This document shows, one piece after another, positions 28,885-39,378 of a stretch of 64,000 bases of DNA (position 1 is the first letter of the stretch; each line of letters begins with the position of its first letter). This DNA is from a virus: the IMG/VR virus record IMGVR_UViG_3300044844_000506, positions 47,613 to 111,612 of that record; one strand, given 5' to 3'. A program made the translations under genes and the position numbers. Under the pieces are notes generated by a model. That model saw only the letters and a list, made by a program, of their open reading frames with translations. It was not told where the DNA came from and did not search any database.

Positions 28885-31496
28885 TAGATTTGTATATTCT
28901 TAAAGAATGGAGATTGATTACGATAATTATAATCTACCTCATTACTATCTAGTGCTCTAGAATAGAATTTAAAACTACCGACGAATCCCTTTAATCCACT
29001 TTCTATTCCCGAATCAGCACCCATGAAGCCACCTAAATTAACCGCTCCATCAGTAAATCCAGAGCCTATAATCCAAGGTGTAAAGCTGCTAACAGTAGGG
29101 CCATCTTCAAATATACTTAGTCCTGTGGAACTTAAACTATATTCAAAACTGTTACTTTGAACAAACGAGGGTATCTTGGGTGCTGTAAATGATTCTACGC
29201 CAAAGACCTCTGGAATGCTAGAAGTAGTCATCAACACTCCATCAAGATAAATCTTTACTGAGTTATCTAATGGAGCAGTTACTACTGCAACATGAACGAA
29301 TGCTCCAGAAGCATCTCCAAATTTTTTGCCACTAACTTCATAAGTTAGTGGAACTGAGCATTTAAGGGTTTTATATGTTGGAGATGCACAATCTACTGTT
29401 ATAGTATCTCGTATAAAACCAACATCGGATCCGTTTATAGATCTGGTAGGAGCAATATAGAAATGTATACCAGATGCTTCAACAGGATTAGATTCATTAG
29501 TTGAATCTGGAGTTAAATTATTAACTATCTGACGATCTCTTGTAAAACCACAAACCAAACCACGAACGGTTTCTACTCCATAATCGACTTGAGCATAAGT
29601 TGGATTTAAGTTCTGATTTATTCCGCCTGTGTTTTCACACCCAAATACAATTCTATGTAAAGTTGATGTACCCCAATAAGAGTCATAATATGTATTAAGT
29701 GTTGACGCTAAAAGATTTGGCATATGAACCCAAAAATCTACTGTACACCCCTCTTTTCTGTAGAATAGATCTTGGTATTCTTTTACTTCTGGCAATTTAA
29801 TTACAGATCCTAATCCATCTGGAGTATCTGTATCGTTATTTATTGTTACCATTCCCTTCAAATACGGAATGCCTAGTCCACTAATAAAAACATCTTGTGG
29901 TGAGTTAGCATATAGCTGTGCTGCTTTGTCTTTATTTGTTTTTGAAATACAGTTTAGTGTCGTATAAACATCTGAACCAGGAGTTGTAACATCTGATTCT
30001 AAGAAGTTATAAATTGCTATTAGATCTTTTGTTATTACTGAATCAGTCAAGCTGAGAACATTTCCTGAAGTGTTTTGACCTCCATATATTATAGATCCAG
30101 CACCAACTGGAGGAACAACTAAGTGATCTAAGGTTGCCACAGCTTGACCTTCTGCTGCTTTTACAAACTTAGGATTTAAAGGTAAAACAACCCCCGAAAC
30201 CTCTGCCTGTTTGAAAACTAATCTTCTCTGATTTTCGTATGCTACAGCTAAGTTAAGATTAGAAAGATAAGAAAAGTCATTAATAGGGATTTGACCAAAT
30301 TCAAAAACTTTTCTAGCTCCAACTAATGTAGGAGCCTTTACTGCAACCTCTATTTGTTTTTTTCTTTTGTTAATCTTCTTATTATGTTGAGAAGCAACAG
30401 ATTGAATTTGCTGTTTGGTATTTATTACCATAGCAGAATCTTCTGTATAACCTTGACTAATTAGTTCACTTATTTTTTTAGAAATGGAATCTAAATTTCT
30501 ATGCTTTTGTCCAAGTAGAACTTGTAAAAAGTGATCTGCTTCGTAATGTTTTTGTAACTCTAAACTATCATCTACTACGTCTGGATCAAAAATGGTATCA
30601 ATATATTTGTTTAGATCTTCTAAAGATACCATTTCACCTTTACCACCTAAGTTGGCATTATACTCAAACTTATATTTATCAGGTATAGAGAGGACACCTG
30701 ATACGGTAGGTAATCCACCTGTTTGTGAATCATAGTATAATCCATCAACTGAGAAAAGAAACTGACCCGATTTAGATTTTGGTGGACCAAACACTAATCT
30801 AAATACTGGCTCTTCAACTACAGAGCTAGTAGATACACCTGATGTAGTATTAAATACTGGTTCTAAACTTGGATTCTTAATTCTCTCTACTAGGATTGAA
30901 CCAATATCATTTAGAACTCTGTCAGCCTTAGCTATGAACTCTCTAGCCTCTCTTGCTTGAGCTATTTCTACTTCATACCTAGCTAATACTTCGGCTGTAG
31001 ATCTTTTAGAGCTAGATGGCCCTTTTTGTAAATCAAGATATAATTTATAAGAATCTAAACAGTCTTTTACCCCATTTAATATATTAGCAGCATTTTGATA
31101 GTTAGTGTATAACTGAGTACCAACTCCAAGTGCAAATCCTACTGCATCACTAATTTGACCAAAAGTTCCTGCTGCGTTATTTAGGTTATTGTCTAATTTA
31201 TTTTTAGACGAGTCTGAAAATAATCTGAATGATCCATTCTCTAAATCTATCTCTATGATGCCTGAATCTAATCTAACTTTATTTGCTAAATAAGCAATAG
31301 CATTATTAGCAGCTTGCTTACCTTCCTTGATTGAGTCTGCAAATGACCCTAATGCGCCTGTTGGAAGCAAGTTTAGAACATCTTTAGATATAGACAGTAA
31401 ACATTCAGGAACTCCGAATGCCATTCCTAAAGAATCTACAGGAGAGTTCCCTATACCTAGAGATCGTACCGCAGTGTCTAAATCAAATACGCCCAT
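28884..31496 (-). CDS. baseplate-associated protein with a C-terminal LamG/ConA-like domain
   Basis: 870 aa. 'CTVDFWVH', 'FVHVAVV', 'KIYLDG', 'GFVGSFKFYSRAL...EV..NY' are LamG-like motifs. Confidence 0.65.
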   Translation of the reverse strand: MGVFDLDTAVRSLGIGNSPVDSLGMAFGVPECLLSISKDVLNLLPTGALGSFADSIKEGKQAANNAIAYLANKVRLDSGIIEIDLENGSFRLFSDSSKNKLDNNLNNAAGTFGQISDAVGFALGVGTQLYTNYQNAANILNGVKDCLDSYKLYLDLQKGPSSSKRSTAEVLARYEVEIAQAREAREFIAKADRVLNDIGSILVERIKNPSLEPVFNTTSGVSTSSVVEEPVFRLVFGPPKSKSGQFLFSVDGLYYDSQTGGLPTVSGVLSIPDKYKFEYNANLGGKGEMVSLEDLNKYIDTIFDPDVVDDSLELQKHYEADHFLQVLLGQKHRNLDSISKKISELISQGYTEDSAMVINTKQQIQSVASQHNKKINKRKKQIEVAVKAPTLVGARKVFEFGQIPINDFSYLSNLNLAVAYENQRRLVFKQAEVSGVVLPLNPKFVKAAEGQAVATLDHLVVPPVGAGSIIYGGQNTSGNVLSLTDSVITKDLIAIYNFLESDVTTPGSDVYTTLNCISKTNKDKAAQLYANSPQDVFISGLGIPYLKGMVTINNDTDTPDGLGSVIKLPEVKEYQDLFYRKEGCTVDFWVHMPNLLASTLNTYYDSYWGTSTLHRIVFGCENTGGINQNLNPTYAQVDYGVETVRGLVCGFTRDRQIVNNLTPDSTNESNPVEASGIHFYIAPTRSINGSDVGFIRDTITVDCASPTYKTLKCSVPLTYEVSGKKFGDASGAFVHVAVVTAPLDNSVKIYLDGVLMTTSSIPEVFGVESFTAPKIPSFVQSNSFEYSLSSTGLSIFEDGPTVSSFTPWIIGSGFTDGAVNLGGFMGADSGIESGLKGFVGSFKFYSRALDSNEVDYNYRNQSPFFKNIQI

Positions 31497-31497
31497 T

Positions 31498-32391
31498 TTA
31501 GTTTAAATAAATTTTAGATCCTGTTATTTTAATATCAGCTTCAGAGGATATATTTACACCTTTGTCGCCAATGATATCTACTGTTCCAGATGACTTTAGC
31601 ACAATATGACCGTTAGATCCTTGTGCCTCTAAGTATATAGTGCCTGTGTTATCTTTAACAGTTAAGTTAATATCGCCTGTATTGGATGTAATATTTATAT
31701 TTCCAGGAGTAGAATCATTAGGCCCAGATCTTTGCGCTCCAGTAGATTCATTAATTATATTAATTTCTGTGCCATCTAATACAGTTAAATTCATTCTACC
31801 TTTTCTAGCAATTAAGTCTATAGAGCCATTACATTCTACTAATGCACTTCTTGCTCCTATTGAACTGTCTTCAGGTTTAACATCAGCAGATATTTTAAGT
31901 CCATCCCCGTGTTCATTAGTTAAAATAACACAGTCAATTTTAGGGCTATCATTTAAACTTAATTTTTTACCAGCAGCAGAAATAACTTCGGCTTTTGTAT
32001 TAAAGAATTTCTCATTATACTCCGCAGATAGAACTATCTTGTTTTGACTCTCATCGCTCATTGATACGCGCATGGGAGAGCCTCTAGCTCTATATAATTG
32101 ATTGTCTGGCAATCCTTTGTTCTTGGTTACTGTATCTGGATTGGATAGAGAAGCCGACATTGGAGGTGCGGTAGTAGTACACAAGTAATGCCACTGGTTA
32201 TCATTATCTGGTAAACATATTAAAACTCTAGATTTATTTGGCGGTATTGCTAATAAACCATTAAACTTACCAAGATAAGGAGAGGTATAATAAACTTGAT
32301 AAATGTTATCTGAATTATCATCTCTGACCCAGAGTAATCCTGTTTTTGTAATATCTGAGTTATTTTCTACTACTGCAATTTTTATATCCAT
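31498..32391 (-). CDS. central spike protein, gp5/VgrG-like (OB fold + beta-helix, no lysozyme domain seen)
   Basis: 'YTSPY...GLLAIPP..SRVLI' OB-fold motif and C-terminal 'G.I.L.S' repeats ending 'KIYLN'. Confidence 0.72.
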   Translation of the reverse strand: MDIKIAVVENNSDITKTGLLWVRDDNSDNIYQVYYTSPYLGKFNGLLAIPPNKSRVLICLPDNDNQWHYLCTTTAPPMSASLSNPDTVTKNKGLPDNQLYRARGSPMRVSMSDESQNKIVLSAEYNEKFFNTKAEVISAAGKKLSLNDSPKIDCVILTNEHGDGLKISADVKPEDSSIGARSALVECNGSIDLIARKGRMNLTVLDGTEINIINESTGAQRSGPNDSTPGNINITSNTGDINLTVKDNTGTIYLEAQGSNGHIVLKSSGTVDIIGDKGVNISSEADIKITGSKIYLN

Positions 32392-32392
32392 A

Positions 32393-35179
32393 CTATAAAC
32401 CTTCTAACTCTTCTGACTCATTATTTTTAACTTTTGCTAAAACATAAGGAGCAGGTTTCATATCGGCATTCTTAGTTAATGAAAAAGATGAATGTATTTC
32501 ATCTGGAGTTATAGTGTGTTTAAATCCTACTATATTCCAAACTCCGCTAAACATTCTAGATTGAATACTATTCATCGGTTTATTATATGTCTGATCATAA
32601 ACTTTTGCTTCATTTATAATCAGGTAAACAGGATAATTCATAACATGAGCCATCTTGTATATTTTAAAGAATGGAACGGTCTTGATATTGGCTGTAAATG
32701 GAACACGATTTAATTTATTAAACAATTCTAACTGTCTTTTTAAGACGCTACTCTTGATTAATTCATTAGTTTTATATGAAATGCCCACAGGTTTATCCCC
32801 TACAGTATTCATAACCATTTGAAATAATAAACTTTCACTTACTTCTGATTCAAATCCTTCTGGAACTTGACCGAAATCTGCTTGAATCTCTGTAGCATAT
32901 CTAGCTATTTCATGTGGACTATACTTATTGGCTTGACCTATGTAGTCCTTAATTCTATACTCAATATTATCTACAGTATATTCTTTACCCTTCATCAGTT
33001 CTTGTAAACCAGAAACAACATCACCTGCTGCTACCGAATAAGGAGATTCCATATCTAATAATGTTGGTGTGATTGCGCCATTAAGGAAATTAAAGTAAGT
33101 TCCTTCTATATCAACATCAATTCCTAATATATTAGAGTTCTTTACACCATGTTTAAAGACAGGAATTCTAAGATTCTTTTTAGGATTATCAACTATCTGA
33201 CCATCAGGATCTTGATATGCATACTCATCAGGTAAACTGTATACTAAATTATCATAAGTATCTTCTTCTGTTCTTAAGTCTAATACTATGGATCTCATTT
33301 CTTCTCTATAGTTATTATCCGTCATCCATACTGTATCAGTATTAAATAATCTACCTAAGTTTTGAGCAACTATATCTTCATTGCTTTTTTCTGTACCTGT
33401 AAATTGTGTAGCATAGAACCAGTTAGTTAAAAATCTACTTTCTCCATAAATAACTAAAGGCGAGGTTTGGTCAAACTCAAAATTTGGACTTATATATCTT
33501 TGTAAAGTTTTTTCAATTAATTTAACTATTTCAACATCTGATTCATAAAATAAATCAAATGATTCTAGAGACTCGTCAGAATTAGTTTTTAATCCAAGTT
33601 CAATTTTACCTAATCCATCTAAAAAAGTTTCTGTCTCATTTAATGTAAATGTTACCACTGATTTACTTATAGCAGTTTGTAAATGAGGATTTACTGTAGC
33701 TAAAAACATAGAGTCATCTAACACAATAGAAGATAACATATGATCTCTAAGTGCTTCATTGTAATCATTAATAAAATTAGCACCAGAACTTTTATTTGTA
33801 AGAGTTTTAGTTAACGCCCCTGTCTCATCTGGCAACAAAGCAATTATTGGGCCATTCTCTGTTAGACCAAAATCTAATGGCTTTAAAAAATCATTTAAAG
33901 CATTTGCCGTATAGTAAAAAGATGTCCCCATAAACTCTTCAAAAGATCCAGTTTTATCTGTGCCAAATACTAACTTTTTTGCTTGAGCTTGTAAGTTTCT
34001 ATCAATGTAATCTTGTAATACCATATCACCATAACCAACAGATAGATTCATTTGGCCTAACGTCATTAATCTTTCTTGAAAGTCTATAAGTACATTAGGT
34101 TTAGTATTTTTTATAGTTTTTTTATTAACTTCTATTTGCTCACGTTTTGCATTGTCTACATCAGGTAATAACACTAAAACATTTCTTTCAGGAACAGATA
34201 AGGATTTTGATAAATAATCTGTAATCACACCAGTGACAGTAGTATGTAAGCTCTTCTTAAGAGGATAAGAAGCGGTTATAGTTCTTCCCATACCTTTTAT
34301 AATTATTTTTTCTTGAGAACTAGTAAATGTTCCTGTGTCTAATGCTGTATAGGATACTTTTAAAACTCTAATTCCCCCATCACCATTATAGATATATTGA
34401 ACTCCCTTTAATTGACCATAAACAGGACCAGCCCAAGCATCAGGATTATCCCCTACTCCATAATAAAAATATACTTCAGGTTGAATATCTCTCTTTAGAT
34501 CTTTTATTTGATTTCTTAGCTTTTCTCTATAACCTTCTGCTGACTTAGCTACTTCTTGAATTAATCTTTCTCTTAAAGTATCTCTGGTGTTAGCTAAGTT
34601 TTGTAATTCTTTTTGTGTTTTTTCTGTTTCCTGCTTTTCTAGCATTTCATAAGCTGGTAATATATCCAATAAGTTTATATCTTTACCAAACTGATTAGTA
34701 GAATCTTTAAATTGTTTTTTTCTTGAAAATGCTTCTAAATCATTTTGAATTTTAGATATAGCATAGTTAGTTTTTTTTAATTCATTAGATACTTTTTTTA
34801 CCTCATCAGTTAATTTATACTCACTCTTGTCTAATAATTCTGTTAATCTGTAATATTCTTCTGCTACCTTTTTATTAGATCCTAATAAACTTTTTAATGG
34901 TAGTGCAAGTAAGTTAGATTCAAAAGTCTCTAATGGATCTATAAGTTCAACATCAATCTTAATTTCTTTTCCTGCACTTCCTTCAGAATAACCTAAGCAT
35001 TCATGAGTGAATGATAAAAAAGTATCTCCCTTATTATCAAATAGTACCCATTGATTTTCTCTAGCAAACTCAATAGTTTGACTAACAGTTTTATTACTGA
35101 TTACTCTGGCTAAAGCAGGGGTTTTTAATAATGCAATAACATTGCCAGTTCCAATAGATCTATTAACAGGATAAGACAT
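32393..35179 (-). CDS. baseplate hub-like protein (gp27/late-control-D position)
   Basis: 928 aa between the gp53-like and gp5-like genes. C-terminal 'FSGVWNIVGFKHTI....S.FSL.K' is typical of hub proteins. Confidence 0.6.
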   Translation of the reverse strand: MSYPVNRSIGTGNVIALLKTPALARVISNKTVSQTIEFARENQWVLFDNKGDTFLSFTHECLGYSEGSAGKEIKIDVELIDPLETFESNLLALPLKSLLGSNKKVAEEYYRLTELLDKSEYKLTDEVKKVSNELKKTNYAISKIQNDLEAFSRKKQFKDSTNQFGKDINLLDILPAYEMLEKQETEKTQKELQNLANTRDTLRERLIQEVAKSAEGYREKLRNQIKDLKRDIQPEVYFYYGVGDNPDAWAGPVYGQLKGVQYIYNGDGGIRVLKVSYTALDTGTFTSSQEKIIIKGMGRTITASYPLKKSLHTTVTGVITDYLSKSLSVPERNVLVLLPDVDNAKREQIEVNKKTIKNTKPNVLIDFQERLMTLGQMNLSVGYGDMVLQDYIDRNLQAQAKKLVFGTDKTGSFEEFMGTSFYYTANALNDFLKPLDFGLTENGPIIALLPDETGALTKTLTNKSSGANFINDYNEALRDHMLSSIVLDDSMFLATVNPHLQTAISKSVVTFTLNETETFLDGLGKIELGLKTNSDESLESFDLFYESDVEIVKLIEKTLQRYISPNFEFDQTSPLVIYGESRFLTNWFYATQFTGTEKSNEDIVAQNLGRLFNTDTVWMTDNNYREEMRSIVLDLRTEEDTYDNLVYSLPDEYAYQDPDGQIVDNPKKNLRIPVFKHGVKNSNILGIDVDIEGTYFNFLNGAITPTLLDMESPYSVAAGDVVSGLQELMKGKEYTVDNIEYRIKDYIGQANKYSPHEIARYATEIQADFGQVPEGFESEVSESLLFQMVMNTVGDKPVGISYKTNELIKSSVLKRQLELFNKLNRVPFTANIKTVPFFKIYKMAHVMNYPVYLIINEAKVYDQTYNKPMNSIQSRMFSGVWNIVGFKHTITPDEIHSSFSLTKNADMKPAPYVLAKVKNNESEELEGL

Positions 35180-35181
35180 AA

Positions 35182-35475
35182 TTATAATTTAGGTATTTTG
35201 ATTTGATCCCCGACATTTAAACCCTCAAAAGGATCTGAAATGTTATTAACTAACATTATTAACCACCAGTAACCTACAGAACCATAGAATACTTGAGATA
35301 TAATATCTGGTCTATGTTGTGCTCCTGCTGGAATGTATCCCACCTCATATTCAAATTGAGTATCTAAGTTTTCCACAAACTTATCATATGTATTAGATCC
35401 TAATGTTGTATAAATCGTTTGATTATTATGCAACATTTGAACTTTTCCAAAATCTAATCTATTTTTACTTATCAT
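35182..35475 (-). CDS. baseplate wedge protein, gp53/LysM-like
   Basis: 'RPDIIS..FYG...YWWLIM..NNI.DP...L..G..IKIP'. Confidence 0.88.
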   Translation of the reverse strand: MISKNRLDFGKVQMLHNNQTIYTTLGSNTYDKFVENLDTQFEYEVGYIPAGAQHRPDIISQVFYGSVGYWWLIMLVNNISDPFEGLNVGDQIKIPKL

Positions 35476-35478
35476 TCA

Positions 35479-36345
35479 TTAACCCTCACTGCTTTTTATA
35501 GGAAGAGGATCCATAGTTACAGAATACTTAGAATCTGGCTTAATAATAGCTTCCCAGCCTATTATATTATCTCTTGCTATTGGAGTATTAGGCTCATAAT
35601 CTGCGAAGTTGCCATGACGTAATTCCATTAAATCTAATGATACGTTTATTATTCTAGGAAGTAATGTGGCATTATCAAGTCCAGCATCATCATCTTTGTC
35701 TATGGTGTAACCATTGCATAAACAAGGTACACCTTGGTACATTACACCATGTGTAATTCTTATTATTGGTGGACCTTGATATACTGTTGTGGAATTATTA
35801 ACCACAGATGCTCTGATTAAGTTCAACCAATATACTATCACATCTATAATTTTACGATTAAATATGTTCAGGGATGCTGGGGATTCTTCATCAAAAAAAA
35901 CAAATCCACCTAAGTTAACCTTTGGTGGTGGTGATACTAAAGTTAAGTAATCATTATTAAACGCTTGTGCATCTGCATTAGTTACTTTATAATTATAATT
36001 ATCCGAAGGTTTACTTCCTACTTTAAAATCTTGTTTAGTTATTGTACCATCAGATTTAGAGTTCTTAGAAAAAGTAAGAGAAACTAAATCTTTAGATACC
36101 ATCTCTTGAATTAGAGGTAAAGTAATTTTAAAATCTAGTTTAATTTGTTTAGCATCTGAACCTGTGTAAGATACTATAGGACTTGATCTTCCTAGTGGTT
36201 GATACTTAACATAATTTGCTTTTTTTGATTCTGAAATATTTATATTTTCAAAAAAAGGTAATACCCTAATATCACCTCCAGGAAACTCAAAAGTGATTTT
36301 ACTACGTTCTTCTAATTTTTGATTTAATCTACCTTTTAATACCAT
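35479..36345 (-). CDS. tail tube initiator / baseplate protein (gp48/gp54-like position)
   Basis: 'ISES..ANY....LGRS.PI..Y.GS', 'GPP.IRI..G.MY..VPC', 'LPR.I.VSL'. Directly after the tape measure gene. Confidence 0.65.
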   Translation of the reverse strand: MVLKGRLNQKLEERSKITFEFPGGDIRVLPFFENINISESKKANYVKYQPLGRSSPIVSYTGSDAKQIKLDFKITLPLIQEMVSKDLVSLTFSKNSKSDGTITKQDFKVGSKPSDNYNYKVTNADAQAFNNDYLTLVSPPPKVNLGGFVFFDEESPASLNIFNRKIIDVIVYWLNLIRASVVNNSTTVYQGPPIIRITHGVMYQGVPCLCNGYTIDKDDDAGLDNATLLPRIINVSLDLMELRHGNFADYEPNTPIARDNIIGWEAIIKPDSKYSVTMDPLPIKSSEG

Positions 36346-36352
36346 AATTTAC

Positions 36353-38419
36353 CTATTCTGATTGTCTTACCCCTGTGAGAGGTGTTTTTCTTGTTTCAGC
36401 CTTTGGTCTAGTTTGAGCAGCTATTTTTTCCGTAGCTTCCGTCTGTCTTCTTGCTAATTCTAATCTTTCTTGATCCATTTCCCAATCATTTCTCAAATCA
36501 GCAGCTTCCACATCACCTCTTTTTCTTCCATTTGGAGCGTAAGTGAAATCAGGGGTTCCGTCTGAATACCTTCCACCAGCAAAATCTGCAAGATCTCCTC
36601 CATCTGGACCACCAGTCCAAGTTGTAAGCTCAACCTCTTTATTTCCAGATCGGGCTTTTTGTTGTTGTATATTCTTAGCACCTTGATTTTTTAATTCCTC
36701 AAGGTCTAATGATTTGTTAAGTTCCGAAATTTGTTCTTTAGTATTAGCTTGAGATTGTAATGAATCTGTAAGTTTCGAAATTTGTTTTTGAGCATCAGCT
36801 TGTTGGAAAGTTTTTTGTGCCCTTATTTTTTGTAATTGATTTCGTTTAGTATCATATTCTAAATTTCTTTCAATCATACTAGCTTTAGCTTGGTTAGCTG
36901 CTTCTTGATTTTGTTTTAATTTATCTTCTATAGATTGTAATCTGTCTGCCTCTTTTTTATCTGCTTTTTCTACAAGGTCCATTATACCACCAACAATAGC
37001 TATAGTACCTCCTACAACAAATGCACCTTTTGCAAATTTTCCTACATTCTTTAATAGAGATCCTGCTTTAAAAACATTTTTTCCAGATGCTTCAGCAGCT
37101 TTTTCTAGTGCACCTTCTGCTGCTTCTGTTGCGGCTTCTGCTGCCGCTTCTGCTGCTTCTGTTGCAGCTTTTGCTTTTCCTCCTTTGTTTAATACTTTTC
37201 CGAGTATTCCTCTACCTTCTTTACCTAGTGAATAAGTTTTAGATGCTAATTTAAGTCCTTCTGCTGCTGATATAGCTATTATAAGAGTTTTTAATAAATC
37301 TCTCTGCTCTACAGCAACATCAATCATTGAATCTGTTCCATTATATAAAAACTCTTGTTGCTTACTAAAAGTCTCATCAATAGAAGTTTGAAGTGTCTGA
37401 TTCGCTTTTTTTCTATCAGCCTCGTCTCTTGGTTGTCTTTGCTCAATTTTTGACATAGCATTAGCCATAAGACCTAATTTACCAAACATATCTTCCGTTA
37501 CAGCCAATCCTTGTACAGCTAAGTTATTCCCTGAAATAGCTGTCTTATTAAATGTTCTGGTGGTTTCTGCCGCTTTATTAGCTATCGTAGTTAATAGTCT
37601 AGCTTGTTCTTCTGGATTAGAAGATTTTAAAAATTTATCTACTTCTTGTTCAATACCTAATCTAACTTGATTAGGTAATGATTCTATGGTTGTCATTTCA
37701 GAAACGAACTGAGCTAAACTTTCTTCTGAACCTTCACCTAATTGAGCAGCCGCAATAGCTATTCCTTCTTGAAATGATCCTGCGGTATCTAATAAATTAA
37801 ACTTAAGTAACTCCCCTTGAACCCCTTCTAAAGCAGCAACTATAGTTTCAGTTTTAGTTCCATAAGTTGCTGAATTTGTTGAAACTGTTTTAGCTAAATT
37901 AGATAACTCCTCATTAGTCATACCTCCAAGTACCTGACTTTTTCTCATAGCACCAAACATTCTACGAGAATCTTGGTTTGTAAGAATCATGGTTGCCCCT
38001 AATTCTCTCATGCTATCTGGGAGATCAACAAAACCTGCCTCTAAACCTTGTAAGTTAGATTCTACTTGCTTTAAAAATCCACCAGTCCCTTGTATAAACT
38101 TTTCTTCCTTTCCTTTAGTTAAATCTCTAGAAGTTCTACCAAACGCTAAGGCTCTAGTTCGGTCTTCTATAGACTTAAACCCTGCTGCGGTAAGCTGTTT
38201 AAGCATTTGACCTGAACCAATAGGATTCATTGTAGCAGCATAATAATTAAGTCGTTGCTTAGATAATAATGAACCTAATTGTAATTCTTTTTTAAGTTGT
38301 TTTTCTTTCTCTCTACCTAATTTTAGGTTTTCTATTTCTCTACGAATTTCCTCTTTCTTGATCTGAGTCTCAAGTTTTTTTATGCGTTTTTCATCAATTT
38401 CTTCTGGTGTTGGAGCCAT
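36353..38419 (-). CDS. tape measure protein
   Basis: 688 aa, helical and A/E/K-rich, with a Gly/Ala hydrophobic segment (FVVGGTIAIVGGI). Upstream of the tube initiator and LysM genes. Confidence 0.7.
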   Translation of the reverse strand: MAPTPEEIDEKRIKKLETQIKKEEIRREIENLKLGREKEKQLKKELQLGSLLSKQRLNYYAATMNPIGSGQMLKQLTAAGFKSIEDRTRALAFGRTSRDLTKGKEEKFIQGTGGFLKQVESNLQGLEAGFVDLPDSMRELGATMILTNQDSRRMFGAMRKSQVLGGMTNEELSNLAKTVSTNSATYGTKTETIVAALEGVQGELLKFNLLDTAGSFQEGIAIAAAQLGEGSEESLAQFVSEMTTIESLPNQVRLGIEQEVDKFLKSSNPEEQARLLTTIANKAAETTRTFNKTAISGNNLAVQGLAVTEDMFGKLGLMANAMSKIEQRQPRDEADRKKANQTLQTSIDETFSKQQEFLYNGTDSMIDVAVEQRDLLKTLIIAISAAEGLKLASKTYSLGKEGRGILGKVLNKGGKAKAATEAAEAAAEAATEAAEGALEKAAEASGKNVFKAGSLLKNVGKFAKGAFVVGGTIAIVGGIMDLVEKADKKEADRLQSIEDKLKQNQEAANQAKASMIERNLEYDTKRNQLQKIRAQKTFQQADAQKQISKLTDSLQSQANTKEQISELNKSLDLEELKNQGAKNIQQQKARSGNKEVELTTWTGGPDGGDLADFAGGRYSDGTPDFTYAPNGRKRGDVEAADLRNDWEMDQERLELARRQTEATEKIAAQTRPKAETRKTPLTGVRQSE

Positions 38420-39006
38420 TATTTTTTCTTACCCTTTTTAATTGTATAAGCCTTTTTAGCAGGAGAAGATTTCTTAGTTTGCTTCTTGACGGTAAATTCG
38501 AATGTGGATTCTTCTTCCTCGTCTTCTTTTTGTCTAATGTAGTCTTCGGAGTATTCTGTTAAGGCTTCTATATCGTCTTGAGGTAGCTTTTTAACTACAA
38601 GATAAATCTTGTTAAGCTCTCTCATACTATTTAGCTTATAAGTGCGATAATTTAAAGATCCTAATAATGCCACTAAACCCTCTTGAACTGCCTGTCTTTC
38701 AGCTAATGCTGGTTTATTATAAAGTTTTCTTAGTATAAAACTAGTGACGAAAGTAGGTGCTTGTTCTATCCTAAAACAAGATAAAAGTTTATTTCCACGT
38801 TCAGATACATACCCTATTCTACCTAAATCATTTTTAACTACTAAGCAAAACCTAAATCCTGTATAACCATCTATAAGATTATACTTAAAAGCAATCACAT
38901 TTCCAGGTCTTAAGAATGCATAAGATGGAGTAAGAGCAGTAGTTTCAAACTCTTCTTGATTTAATTTCTTTAAAATAGATCTGATTTCTTTATTTAATTT
39001 AGCCAT
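38419..39006 (-). CDS. hypothetical protein, possibly gp2-like DNA end protector
   Basis: 'PGNVIAFKY...RF.LVV...YRTY' pattern is only loosely gp2-like. Confidence 0.35.
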   Translation of the reverse strand: MAKLNKEIRSILKKLNQEEFETTALTPSYAFLRPGNVIAFKYNLIDGYTGFRFCLVVKNDLGRIGYVSERGNKLLSCFRIEQAPTFVTSFILRKLYNKPALAERQAVQEGLVALLGSLNYRTYKLNSMRELNKIYLVVKKLPQDDIEALTEYSEDYIRQKEDEEEESTFEFTVKKQTKKSSPAKKAYTIKKGKKK

Positions 39007-39026
39007 AGGATCTCTATTATATTTAG

Positions 39027-39320
39027 ATGGATTCTATAGAAGCTGAATTAATAGATTTAATAGATTTGCTAAATTATACACTAAGTGATCAGTTTGTTGA
39101 GGCTTGGAGATATAAGTTTAGTGAAAAATTTATTAGACAGTTTCAATTAAAAGTTTTAACAACTTTAAAAGACAATAAACCAATTAAAATTAAAACTTTA
39201 ACTTATTTTTTAAGAAAAAATAACAAGTATTCCCCTGAACAGATAAAAAACTTCTACAGATCCATAAACATATCTTTATATAACCCCATCATTCAAGGAA
39301 ACATTCATGACGCTTTTTGA
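39027..39320 (+). CDS. hypothetical protein
   Basis: 97-aa ORF filling the gap, divergent from 39006. Confidence 0.65.
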   Translation: MDSIEAELIDLIDLLNYTLSDQFVEAWRYKFSEKFIRQFQLKVLTTLKDNKPIKIKTLTYFLRKNNKYSPEQIKNFYRSINISLYNPIIQGNIHDAF

Positions 39321-39378
39321 TAACGATTGGCTAGATTTAAACTTTAAACTAGATTATATAGAAAGTAGAGAACCAGGG

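Noticed and set aside
9455-36345. T6SS or extracellular contractile injection system
   Set aside because: PAAR, gp25, gp6 and spike genes occur with terminase, portal, capsid and neck genes, so this is a complete phage.
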